Source of the DNA: Octopus vulgaris
Lineage: Eukaryota
Reading direction: 5' to 3'
Assembly (NCBI GenBank): GCA_951406725.2
Contig: OX597822.1
Location: 20,026,001 to 20,090,000 of the forward strand
Length of the DNA: 64,000 nucleotides
Shown here: in pieces, positions 25,209 to 37,239 of the stretch
Layout of the letters: each line of letters opens with the position of its first letter
How positions within the stretch are numbered: position 1 is the stretch's first letter
The notes under the pieces: generated by a model
The model's input: the letters and a program-made list of their open reading frames with translations, nothing else
Database searches by the model: none
Told to the model about the DNA's origin: nothing
Translations under genes and position numbers: made by a program

Positions 25209-26725
25209 TTATTTACTCACGGTTGCGAGAGGGAGCCTGACAGATTCCTTCTGCCTGTCTCCCCCCACACTCGCCGTTGCTGCTGGGCGTTTCACCGGCG
25301 TTGCCACCGGGCCCTGGGTTGGTGTGGCTGCCGGGCTGACGTATAATTTCCCAGTTGTCACCTTCTGGGTGACATCCTTACTGAAGCCGGCTTTTACGTG
25401 GTCTTGTAAGTTTTTTTCTTTCCATCCTTCTTCGCCGACCCTTGCATATCGCCACTCCGCTTCCTTTTCGGTCGCTTTGTAGCAACTGATCTGCGTACTT
25501 GCTTGCACAAATTTTACTACTCTCTCGTCCCTTGTGGTGTATGCTATACATTTTTCATTGGGTTTAAACCCTTTTACAGTTGGGGGGTGGGGTTTGTTAG
25601 AGTGCTGGCCTATAAATGTAGTATCGCCGGGGTGGGATTGGAGGATATTTTTAATTTGTTCGTCTGCGTTGTTTTTTTTTTTGTTACGGATGGGGAGTCA
25701 GGGGTGATGGATTTTTTTCTTTTGTTCGGCACGTTCGTGAATTCCATCTCTTCTTGTATATTTGTTTTTGTTGTATTAATTTCCTCCTTTCCTTTCTCAT
25801 TTTGCATTCCGTTCTTGTCTTCCTCCTTTTTAGAGTTCGACCTGTTTTTTTTTTTCCTCCTTGCTTTCGCCAGTCGTTACTTTGTTCTCCACTTTGCTGC
25901 TTTCTGCGTTCTTCACAGCGTTTTGAGGGGGGGGGGGGGCGTTGCCCGTATTATTTTTCTTTGTGCAAACGGAGCGAACGTGGCCCTTTTGCCCGCACTT
26001 AAAACATCTGGGCCTGCGTCCTTCCACCGAAACTCGTATGGAGTGCCCCTCCCCCACGAAGACTCTGTCTGGTAGGCTTTCCAGCGTCGCATTTTCCGCC
26101 TGGATAATCATCTCCAGCTGCTGGCCTCTCCAGTGTTTTGCTATTTTCCTCTTCATACTAAAAATTGTCAATTTTGATTCAACATCAAAAATGACCGCTG
26201 TTGCCGCCCACATCACGTCGTAGCCCCTTGGTATATCTTCCAGTGTCACTTTTGCTATTCTGCACCCCAAATATAAGGGTAGTAGTATTATGTTCTCGTT
26301 TTTCAACGTTTGCGTCGAAATTTGCCTTGCTTCTTCCGCCGCCTCGAAATGCGCCTCCACTGTAGCGCTTCTTGCACCTCGGTTGACATGACGAACTTTG
26401 CTTCATATTGGTGCCATACACTTTTCGACCATTTCGTTTTTTACGTCGGTCATTCGTTTTTCTTTTATATTGTACACCTTATAGGTGACCATTTTTTCCC
26501 TTATTGCCTCGGTACCAATCGTTTTTCTTCACCACTTTTTTGCACAAGCGGTCTGAACTTAAATAGTCTTTCCATTGACACCTCAATTTCTTCCACTTCG
26601 CCACCTACGGCGTCTGAAAAACTGGGTTTTGCCTGTGTTTCCGTTTGTTTAACAGTTGTTGTACTTTCTCCCATCTCGGGAAAGTCTTTTTTTGAACTTA
26701 AGTCTAATTTCATATTAGACAACAC
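25209..26725 (-). pseudogene. ORF1 (CCHC knuckle), frameshifted
   Basis: ORF pieces 26501-26725, 25830-26360 (CFKCGQKGHVRSVC), 25610-25807 and 25209-25508. At least one break lies near a homopolymer run. Confidence 0.85.
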
Positions 26726-27067
26726 AAACTTGTCACAAATGACAAGGGAATTTTTTTCAAAAATAACCTATACAGGTTAAGAGTTCACACAAAAAAAACA
26801 CACACACACACAGAAATATTTCTACACCGAAGGGCGAAAATTACTGGGTCAAAAACAGTTCAACAAGTATTATACGTGTAACACAACAAAGTAGACAAAC
26901 GGAAACGAACTCACACAACGATTTGCAGCAACAGAAAAATATTTGATATACTCCGAGGAAAAATTCAAAAAGCGGCGGTTTTCGATTGGAGAGACCTGTT
27001 TGCGAATATTTATTTAATGTTTTTCCCAGCAACCACTGTCACTGATTTCGAAAAACTGTCTGAAAGC

Positions 27068-27207
27068 ATTAATAAATCTCCGAACGAGATGTAAACAGTA
27101 ACCACTCGACAACATAAAGTGTACTAGCCATCTCAATGTGGCTAGCCACAGTGGGTGGGTGTTACTGAAGCTTTTAGCCCCAGGAGATCATCGTCTCCAG
27201 CTGGCTT
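27068..27207 (-). mobile_element. 3' 140 bp of the hammerhead-containing element, inverted relative to 27208-27500
   Basis: Reverse complement of ~27362-27500 with a few mismatches. Confidence 0.9.
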
Positions 27208-27500
27208 ATTCGCAAACAGGTCTCTCCAATCGAAAACCGGTGATTACCGTACGTTGACGAGAGGCAAAAACCTCGAAACTATAGTCCGTGCGTATCACTT
27301 AGGTTTTCGAGAGGGGATGACCTCCCATTGCGAATATCAGAAGGGCACAGAAAGTGTGTCTAAAGCCAGCTGGAGACGATGATCTCCTGGGGCTAAAAGC
27401 TTCAGTAACACCCACTCCCAGTGGCTAGCCACATTGAGATGGCTAGTATACTTTACGTTGTCGAGCGGTTACTGTTTACATCTCGTTCGGAGATTTATTA
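27208..27500 (+). mobile_element. Uninterrupted copy of the hammerhead-containing element (empty Tx1 target)
   Basis: ATTCGCAAACAGGTCTC-TCCAATCGAAAACCG-GTGATTACCG joins exactly the two flanks of the Tx1 block (26991-27007 and 19673-19887, minus strand). Confidence 0.9.
27248..27292 (+). ncRNA. Minimal type-I hammerhead ribozyme (predicted cleavage after 27286)
   Basis: CGTACG-TTGACGA-GAGG(CAAAAA)CCTC-GAAAC-TATA-GTC^CGTGCG. It sits at the tip of a long stem: 27230-27238 pairs with 27302-27310, and 27207-27215 with 27328-27336. Confidence 0.85.
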
Positions 27501-27676
27501 ATCCTAAAATCGTTTTTTATTTTGTATATTTTCATTTGTCTTGCTCATTTTTACATTTTGGCGTTTTGCTGAATTATTTTTCTTGAGAATACGCTCTTCG
27601 TGGTAATGGCGATTTGACGTCTATATTTAGCATATTAGGAGTCCACTTTAGTGGTCATTCCTCTCAATTTTGTATG

Positions 27677-27719
<43 letters not shown>

Positions 27720-27720
<1 letters not shown>

Positions 27721-28050
27721 AGTAAAGACCCCCTTCGGTCATGAATGACCATGGGATTGCACCTAGAAAGTTACCCTCCTAGACACAAGTCTGGGCAAGG
27801 TTGTTTATGGAAGACCAGCAGTCGCCCATGCATACCAGCCTCTCCTCTCCACGCCACCAGTGTTATCCAAGGGAAAGACAAAGGTTGATACAGCTTGACA
27901 CCAGTGACGTCGCAACTCATTTCTACAGCTGAGTGAACTGGAGCAACGTGAAATAAAGTGCCTTGCTCAAGAACACAACACGCAGCCCGGTCCGGGATTC
28001 GAGCTCACAACCTCACGATCGTAAGCTCGACGCTCTAACCACTGAGCCAC
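27720..28050 (-). mobile_element. tRNA-derived SINE, family C (Meta-domain-like core)
   Basis: Minus-strand head GTGGCTCAGTGGTTAGAGCG...GCTCGAATCCC, then GTGTTGTGTTCTTGAGCAAGGCACTTTA...CAGTTCACTCAGCTGT. Confidence 0.8.
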
Positions 28051-29289
28051 ACATATATACATACATACATATATATATATATTCTCTCCTAGTTTTCTAT
28101 CTGAAATTCCTGAGCGTCAATTTAATATTTCCACTGTGTATGTCTAATTGACTTTTGTGACTCTTTCCTGTTTTCTGCTTTTAATTTGACACACACACAA
28201 ACAAACAAGGACATGTCTGTGAGTAAGTGTATATCAAATTAAAATATACAGAGGCATTTGCTTTTCGTAATTCTAGTATGCCTTTACCCCCATTCTGAAT
28301 ATATTTTTCGAATTTGGTAATATAAGGAACTTACCTCTAGTCTAACTATTGCTGTCACAGACTCTAACTCGCTTCGTATTTTGCCCAAGAAGCTAGAAAT
28401 GGTGAAGGAATTTAATTAAATACACACATTTTCTCAATGGCAAACGCATACGTACCCATACCATCTCAAAGAATATAGCACACGTGCATTTATATGTTAT
28501 CGTATAGTAGGGATCTTAACGGTCACTCGACCTGCTAGTAATTGGTGCTAAATTTCATCGAATCACACCATTCTGTTTAAAAAAAAAACAGTCGCTGGAC
28601 AGAGCAGTGTAAAACGCATTGCTTGAATAGAAGACAGGTTAATAGTTGCTTGATCGTCTTTAATCATAGGTTTGTTCAATCATTATTCGCCTATGGATAA
28701 ATAACAACACACGCTACATATATACAAATTTATGTGCGCGCGCGTGTGTTTGTTTATATATGTGTGTGTGTGTGTTTGTGTATGTGTGTGTGGATTGTTT
28801 TGTGTGTGTGTAGAAAGCACATGGTCATGATAATATACACCTAGGAACATTCTTTGATGTTGTGAATTGCTTGATTTGATCAGAATATTATCGATATTTA
28901 TCGGATATTTATGTCTAGTAATAAGCACCATTGTGGTCAATCGTTATTACACATTCTCTCTCTCGCTACCAGAAGGACCACTGACGACTATCTTTATCGC
29001 GTTTCCTCTATTTCTAATAACAAGCATCATTGAGGACAATCGTTATTTCAGATATATATATATATATATAGTAAGAAAGAGTAACTGAATACAATTTATT
29101 ATATCTTATAAATCTCCTTCCGCGTGTTAATAAAATTTACCTTGTTTAACGTCTATCTACACAGTTCCCATGACAGCACACATAAACGCAGGTACACACA
29201 CACACACACATACACATACAAATATCAACTGTTGGATACGTCCTCATAGTTGTTCATGTTACTGAGTGAACTTCAGTATGTTCTATGTA

Positions 29290-29715
29290 ATCTCAACTCT
29301 CTTTTAACTGTTAATGTTCATAGGTACCAGATTAGCTATGAGATTAGCTATGAGACCAGCATTCTACATTGTCTAATTTCACTTAGCTATCAATAATAGG
29401 TACCAATTCATCAGTTAATGTAATCTATGATAGACCAAAATTCTACATTATCTCAGTTCCTTTCTTGTCAATAATAGATACCAGATCATCTGAGAATGTT
29501 CCTTGTGGAATATTAACATTACCCCAGTTCACCTACATTTTAGGGATAGGCACCAGACCACCTGGGAATGTTTCCTGTGATATATGAACATTTTACATTG
29601 TCGCCATTCATTAAGTTGTGAGTGACAAATACCAGATCATGTAGGAATGCATTACCTCAGTTCACCTAGATATCAGGTATACGTACCAGATCATCTGCGA
29701 ATGTTACATGTGATC
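29290..29715. repeat. Degenerate tandem repeat, ~55-80 bp unit, ~6 copies
   Basis: Recurring ACATT..C.CAGTTCAC.TAG...TAGGTACCAGATCA..TG.GAATG; anchors near 29321, 29397, 29475, 29547, 29628 and 29683. Confidence 0.65.
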
Positions 29716-30009
29716 TAATAATGTGTTGGGAAACTTCTCGCGTCCATTTTTCGTTCTTGTTGTTTAACTCTAGCCCAACTCTGATCGTGTGTATCTAGAT
29801 CGAAGGCTTTTCCAATCATAACCATACCGTCTTTGCACATTAGTTGCCATATTATCGAATGTATCCTATTTTAAAATCGGTAGGGTGTGATCTAAGTTAT
29901 GTCTAGCATGTCAGGCCACAGAGTTCACGTCCCCCACATGTTTGCAGAGTAATTTTGTGATTGCTGTATGTAGCTTATGCGAAGTCCTGCTTGCCTTCAG
30001 CTATCTTTA

Positions 30010-30223
30010 ATCTTTTACCTGTTTCAGTCATTTGACTGTGGCGATGCTGGTGCATCGTCTTGAAGGGTTTTAGTCGAACAAATCGACTCTAGGACTTACT
30101 ATTTTAAAGCCTAGTACTTATTCTATCGGTCTCTTTGCCGAACCGCTAGGTACAGGGACGGAAACATACCAACACCGCTTGTCAAGCAGTGGTGAAGGAC
30201 AAACACAGGCAGAGACACGCGCC

Positions 30224-30274
<51 letters not shown>

Positions 30275-30292
30275 ACGTATATATACGACAGG
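30010..30292 (-). mobile_element. SINE family A, 3' half
   Basis: Homologous to 5911-6150. Confidence 0.8.
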
Positions 30293-30985
30293 CATTATGC
30301 CGCCTTCTCATCAAGAAAGACAAGGAACTTATGTCAGCATCATGATGAACAAAACCTTTTAGATGACTGCCCACACGGAGTCCATAGCGATAATGAGTGT
30401 TTCTTTAAAATATTCCGTTATAAGCAGTGACGTCAAAAATGGTTGAATGTAGAAGATTCTAGAAAGTTCAAGAGTTCAAACAAGGTTGGAAGGGGAGAGA
30501 TCTAAGAATAGGAAGGTGACAGGGTGCAAGTCATATGAATGGTGATGTGTTGTTGTTTGCTTTTGTTAATGAGATTGAGTGCCTATGTGTGTGTATGTAT
30601 ATAACTGCATTCGTGTCTGTGTGTGTGTATGTGTGTGCGTGATTGTGTGTGTGGTTGGGTAGATGCCAAAAACAACTAGTGGTGAAGTGAAAGGTTTGTG
30701 TCTCTGTGTTTGATTGTGCTTACGATAGAGAGGGGGAGAGAGAGAGAGAGGAGGGAGAGGTAGAGAGACAAAGGTAAAACATACCCCAACGAATTTGGTA
30801 GTAGTCCTTTATGAGTATAAAAATTTGTCTATGGTGGTGTTGTATAATTGGAGCCAAATATATAAATGGAACTGGCAGAAACATATCTTTCACTCATATG
30901 ACTGATGATTAATGTAGATAACCTCCTTGAATTTAAATATATATATATATATATATATATGGATCAAAGTTTGATTCATATTCGT

Positions 30986-31026
30986 TGGTACTCTTGAGTT
31001 TCAAGCGTGATTCTAGTCGTCAGCCA
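30986..31026 (-). ncRNA. Hammerhead ribozyme motif at the PLE 3' end
   Basis: TGG-CTGACGA-(weak stem II)-GAAACTC-AA-GAGTA^CCA. Confidence 0.6.
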
Positions 31027-31588
31027 TTTTGAATTTGAATGAAAGAAGTTGGTTGTTAATACCGTGGACTGCGATTGGTCGAGGAAGGTCACGCTGTGTC
31101 GTGGTTTGATGATGGTTCATGCGCAACAATTAGTTAGAAAATACCGCATGGCGAACAGGGAATTTGCCACGTGGAGAACAGGAAATAGAGCACATGGGGA
31201 TTAGAAATCGGTCAGGTTGTTCGGGTGGAAATAGGAAGGGGCAGCATGTGCAAGTATAGAGTTCTATATGTAGGTGTGAGACGCACCCATATAGTTTTGA
31301 GCACATGTGTATATCGATGCGATTGAGAGCATCTGTAGATGGGTGCGCACGCGCACGTCAGCACACACATATGCACACACACTTGGACGAGCATATTCGC
31401 ACGCATGCGCACAAACATACACACGCATACACACACATGCACACTTACACTCATACACACACATGCGGCGTATTCATTCATATTTGCATATGTATATTCG
31501 CATGCATACCAGAGTGTTCATTCATACCAGTGTGTTCGTGCATATGTGCATTCACAAGCGCACGTGCGCGAGTATACACGCGCAAAAT

Positions 31589-31690
31589 AAGCGTTGGGGA
31601 TTGGGAAGCGTTGGGGATTGGGAAGCGTTGGGGATTGGGAAGCGTTGGGGACTTGTATTCGTTGGGGGTTGGTAAACGTTGGGGATTGGT
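31589..31690 (+). repeat. G-rich 17-bp minisatellite (GGGAAGCGTTGGGGATT)n
   Basis: About 3.5 perfect copies plus 2 degenerate copies. Confidence 0.85.
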
Positions 31691-33213
31691 AAATGATGGT
31701 CCTGCTCATAGGGTTGGTTGGTAGCGGTGACGTTGGTGCAGGCGGTGTAGAGTAGCAGCTGGTGCTGAGGTGGTATATCCGGGTTGATGGCAGTCAGCGG
31801 CCTGAAATGTCCCTGAAGAGCATATCTCTGGTGAGAGCAATACGATAAATCGTATTTCTTGTCGATGGATACTGCAGGTTGATGGAAGATATTCAGGTTT
31901 TCGCGGAGGCAGGGCTGGCAGTTGGGGGCGCCGGGTGAATATCGTAGCGCCATGTCGACAATAGTCCATTTTATGCTGGGTATTTAATCTCGGAGATCAC
32001 GGAATCTCCAGAGAAAACGAGACAGGGAAATAGAATTCTCTCTGTCCCTGGATCTGAACGAGTGCACATGCTGGAAGTATCTTCTCTTGAAGTCGTTAGC
32101 AGTCATACCCGTATAGTTCCTAGTAATGCCATCGGATGGTATAAGGAGGCTCTGTATACTACGGTCCTTGAGAGACAAGATCCTTCTAGAGGGCACATAG
32201 TGGGGTTTCGGAAGTTGCAGGTTGGGGTTAAGGTGGTGTGGGTGCAATTTTACGTCTGTTGATGCGTGCGATGTTAGATGCGATGTTGTCTAAGCAGGAT
32301 TAGCTCACCTTGACATTATGGGGAGTGGGGTGAAGAGTTTGTAATACTTATGGCCTCTGGAGAAGTGTTTCTTAATTAACGACAGGAAGACCCTAGCTAC
32401 GTTGGTGGAAACTTCTACGTTAAAAGGGGTTTATACCATATAATTTCTTTCTCCCAATGCTTTTAGGGTGAGGAGAGGGCATTTCGGGTTGGTCAGATAT
32501 GTGAGCTTTTCAATAAATTCGCCCCTAGCCGAAGCATTGTTGTAGTGGGAGTGACCATGTTAAAGATCTCTCTATTGGCCGAGATATTAGACAGTCGTTT
32601 ACTAATACCTGGAACCACGTTTCTAATTATAGCGGAGTGATAATTTGAGATTTTGTGGATGTATACTGTATCCTCGTCGGACTTCCTGTATGGGTAATAC
32701 TTTCCAGTCTGAGGTCTAAGGTTATGTCCAAGAAATCGACCGTAGTTAGGTTGGTGGTAACCGTTCTGGACAAGCCGAACTCCTTAAATATTTTTATCAA
32801 GTGCTTCCTGAACCTGTTCATCGCCGCAGGCCATCGTCCTATAGAGGACCAACATATGTGTTTGGGTACGTCTCTTGAGAGTATCGAAGTTATATAACCC
32901 GACGAAGTCGGTGATTTCAGCTCCATCAAAGCTCACCATAGTTACATCGAACGATGAGTAGACAAACCAAAGGAGGGCCCTCAATCATTGTTCGACGTTT
33001 CTATTGTAATCTTTGACGGGGTTGAAATTTAAATTAAGCAAAAAATTGAGAAATCTTGATTGACTACCATCGATTATTATTTTAAAGTTTTGTATTAAAA
33101 AATGATAATCGATGGTAGAGCCAATCTGTTGTCGATTTCTGCTTAATTTACCGCCCCCATATGTATATATACATGCATACATATATACATACATACATAC
33201 ATACATACATACG

Positions 33214-33273
<60 letters not shown>

Positions 33274-33913
33274 TATATTGCACATATCATTCCATTGTTA
33301 CATGCATATAGAAACTCACGAATTACACCCGCAGAGACCCGCGTTTATGCATATAATCAAAATAACAACAACAAATCATACACATATACGCTGGCACATA
33401 TAAAATGCACACACGTCTTTTTAATTTGGTGGAGTTAAATTCTACACAATGAATTTCCTAGTGTGAGAAGCAGGCTTTAAAGGGACGACAGAAATGACCA
33501 TGACTCAGAGTGATTTAAGAAAGCTCTTATAATGATATTCAGTGCCATACGTTTGGAATCCCCGGTGGATTCCAATCCTTGTATTGTTAATTTTAGTTAT
33601 TTTAGTTTTAATTTAGAGTCAAACAGATTCAACATTTGCTGAAAAGCAAATGAGATTATTTTGAGTTCTTAAGAATTCTAATCACTTACCCAATGTTCTT
33701 CAGAATTTGCTTTCTAATATTAGTAAGCCATCATGCACGAATGGGGCTACGTTTAATACTGCGTTTTGCAAAGAAATTTCTCAGATAAAATCCAGCTTAT
33801 AGTCGACCTTATTATTTCAAGGTATAGAAATAGACCAAAGATTTTCTGGTTTAATTGAACATACGACGGAAAATGTCAAGATTAACATAACTAGAAAATT
33901 CTTAATTGAGTGC

Positions 33914-34013
33914 AATAATAAATCTCTGAACGAGATGTAAACAGTAACTGCTCGACAACGTAAAGTATACTAGCCATCTCAACATGGCTAACCACTAAGG
34001 GTGGGTGTTACTG
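33914..34013 (-). mobile_element. Isolated, more diverged 3' fragment of the hammerhead-containing element
   Basis: AATAAATCTCTGAACGAGATGTAAACAGTAAC...GGGTGGGTGTTACTG matches ~27071-27167. Confidence 0.85.
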
Positions 34014-36959
34014 TATTTGAGTAATTGAGTGTCTTTTTACTATCCTAAAAGGATTAGATACCATAAATTAATATTTTCCCACTTTTCTATGGGATGTAGA
34101 TATCACAAGAGCTTTAACAGAGGGACACATAAAGGTAATTATTATTCAGAAGCAGTGTTTTCTTTTTTAAATACTTTAATTTTAAAAAAGGCTCTTCAAC
34201 TCTAAGAATTTTACTGCACTTCTGACATGTAATTGCATTTGTCACAGCAACTGTTCTTTTCATAGAAATTGTCTCGCTAAAGGGATAACTTACAGTACGA
34301 GAGGCCAAATTTACTATAATTCCTTGTAGAGTATATAATCTAGATTGACGGAAAAGACTGCATAAGAATTCTTTTAAGACATCTGGAAGAAAGGTCGTCC
34401 ATGTCAGCCCATACAAATATGATTCCCACCAGTAGTCTATATGTGTGTGTGATGTGGTTAAGTGAGATATTGCTCATTTCATACCAAGAACCTTATGCTT
34501 TCAACTCGAATTATTGAAATATTGGATCTTAACAGCTAATTTCATCGACTATCTTTTTTTTTATCAACCACAACTTCTCTAGACTATATTTTGACTGTTT
34601 ACAATTTCTTTAAGTGAGAAAAACCTATAAACTTTTTCATTATAGTTACCCACCCGTGTTGGTCAACTCATTGACAGTAAGTACAATATTTGCGTCATTT
34701 TTCGTAACAATCATATTCATCAATCAAAACGATACTTTTGTTTCAAGTTTTGCGGATAGATTTCGCCCAATAAATATTCGCGTTGATTTTTAAATATATT
34801 CTACATTTGCCTTTAAATATTTTCCAAATGGTCCATTCCTTTTTAATATCGTCCGAAGATCAACGTCAAATAAAATACAACTCTACTTTTAAGATTGAGT
34901 ACAGTTTTTACTTTTTCTTGCTCACATTTATCTGCTCGCATACATACATACATACATACATACATACAAACATACATACATACAAACATACATACATAAA
35001 TACATACATACATACATATATACATACATACGTACATACGTACATACATACATACATACATCACAGTCACACATACATGTAAAGTAACTCGTATAAATAA
35101 TATACATTCATACATACCAAACAAAGACACTAACTCACACAGAGTACATAATATATACTCATAAAAAATCATATAAATACAGACACATATACACATGTAC
35201 ACGCACAAAACGATTGATACACACATACAGAAAGTGAATAAAAACAAACACAGACATACATATACATCCATGTTCACAGACATTATCACAAAGTAGCAAG
35301 ACACACGATTTCCTTTCTGCTCCTTACTCCACCATGCATAGAAGAAAATACAAGAAAATTCTCAGACACAATATAAGTCATAGAACTTACCAAAATGATT
35401 CAACATCACAGACTGTGTAAGAATCTAGTCTAACTGACACAAAACACCCATTATCGAAAGTAGACCGAAATTAGCAGCACTGCTTCTATATTTCAAAGAG
35501 CAACAACATTCTTAAGATACATTGATAACAAAACAATTGATTTAGAGAACTTTCTCATTTCTCCGAAAACTCTTTATTGTTTTGGAGAAAACACGTTTTC
35601 TAAAACTTCATTAAAGTAACTTTTAGTTATTTAGTTGATTGTGATTTTCGACTGTCTAGGTAGGTGTGTAGGCAGGTATGTAGGTAGGTGGGTAGGTAGG
35701 TAGATAAGTATGTGGTAGGGTGAGGTAAGTATAGAGTGTAAGTTGAAAACTTTGGCAGGTAGGTAAGATAGAGTAGATAGATAGGTAGGGTAGTATGGTG
35801 AGCTGTTAGGCGGGTATGTAGAATGTAAATGGGTTGGTGGGAAAGGTAAGGTAGAGAGGTGATTATGTTGGGAAGTGCTTAATGTATGCATGTAAATAGT
35901 AGACAAGTAGGTGGTTATGTTTATAGAAAGGGAGGTAGACAAGGTAGATTAATAGGTAACTAGCTAGCTATATATGTACATATTAATGTATGTATGCGTG
36001 TATGTATGAATGTATGTTGACCGCAGCTAAGGAGCTGCACTGGACGGCACTGTCCCATCCTATTCAATGGTTCACCATCAGATTTACAGTGATACATCTT
36101 AGCATTATTACAAATTAATGCCACCCAGAATATTTTGAAGCACTTCCAGGCACCAAAATATGGCGACGAGCCTGTATTTTTGTATGTGTGTATGTATGTA
36201 TGTATGTATGTATGTATGTATGTATGTATGTATGTATGTATGTATGTATGTATGTATGTATGTATGAATGAATATAAGTATGAATGTATGTATAAGCGTT
36301 TGGTTTATTTCTAAATTTATCAGCATACTTACGTATGTTTACACATTCATATGTTCGCGTGTCTATTAGAAACTAAACTTTATGAATCAAGCCATAATCT
36401 TCTGATTAGAAATGTCCTTTTTGGTTATGTGAATTCTAGCTTCTCATAATTAGAAGATGAGGAAGTTAGTCTCGTAGTAAAGCACTCCCATAATTGTCGG
36501 CACAAATCTGAAGTTACACTCTGGATTAATTAGCGACAAATTTCTCATCAGCTTTGCATAGATACTTTCATTTTTTGTTTTACTTTCCTTTAACACTATG
36601 TTCACATCTTCTGGGCAGCAGATTTATATGTTATAGTTTTGATTTTTCAATTCTTCTTTAGCTACTTCAATATATATTTTTTCATTTGCTTTTATCGATG
36701 ATGTTTTCCTCCGATTACCTGTTAATGTTGACATCATTTTCAGTCATTTTGTTTCTGGAAGATCCATGCATGTGAAACAAATATCACCACGGTTTTTACT
36801 AAATGATTACGTCAGCTAATATAATCAGAAGAATAACCAGCTAATTAACGTGACTGGTAGTTGGAGACGTATTCATCGAATATACAATGAAGTATCCTTT
36901 GTCATGAATGCAACTGCTCTAGTCGAGTCTCTTGATATATATATATATAGATAAGAAAG

Positions 36960-37017
<58 letters not shown>

Positions 37018-37239
37018 CTTTCTTATGTATGTATGTTCTCTTTCTCTTTTTAATTTTAGAGTAAATTTTGACCGACCACCTACTAGGTAGCAAAGCTGTT
37101 AAGGAAAGTATCTTCTTTTAACCGTCATCCTTAAATTCCAAAGATCTTACAGATTTTTATAGTCCCAGATATCGTGATCAATTGTAACATATGAATTAAG
37201 GATTTGCATTCTCTCCTCAAGATCCCTAGTTCAGCCATA

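Larger units (their letters stand above)
21523..26975 (-). mobile_element. Full-length Tx1/L1-clade LINE (ORF1 plus APE-RT ORF2), slightly degraded
   Basis: Bounded by the 15-bp repeat at 26976-26990 and 21508-21522. It has two ORFs and no poly(A), ending AATAAAGATAAA. Confidence 0.92.
30960..32980 (-). mobile_element. Degraded Penelope-like element (RT end, GIY-YIG, microsatellite-rich 3' UTR, hammerhead)
   Basis: FDVTMVSFDGAEITDFVG, VDFLDITLDL, NYTGMTANDFKRRY..H..SF and CQPCLRENL..SYCSH, with many stops. Confidence 0.8.

Noticed and set aside
22814-26780. Plus-strand ORFs overlapping the Tx1 element
   Set aside because: Antisense shadows of the minus-strand coding sequence.
27068-27500. 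Interpretation as a TTAA-flanked MITE with 140-bp TIRs
   Set aside because: Disfavoured but not excluded. The Tx1-bearing copy lacks the left 'TIR', the 33.9-kb copy lacks TTAA, a hammerhead is present, and a 14-bp direct repeat flanks the larger block.
29290-29715. CRISPR-like array or LRR exon
   Set aside because: Eukaryotic context, spacers are homologous to each other, unit length is irregular, and the frame I translated contains a stop.
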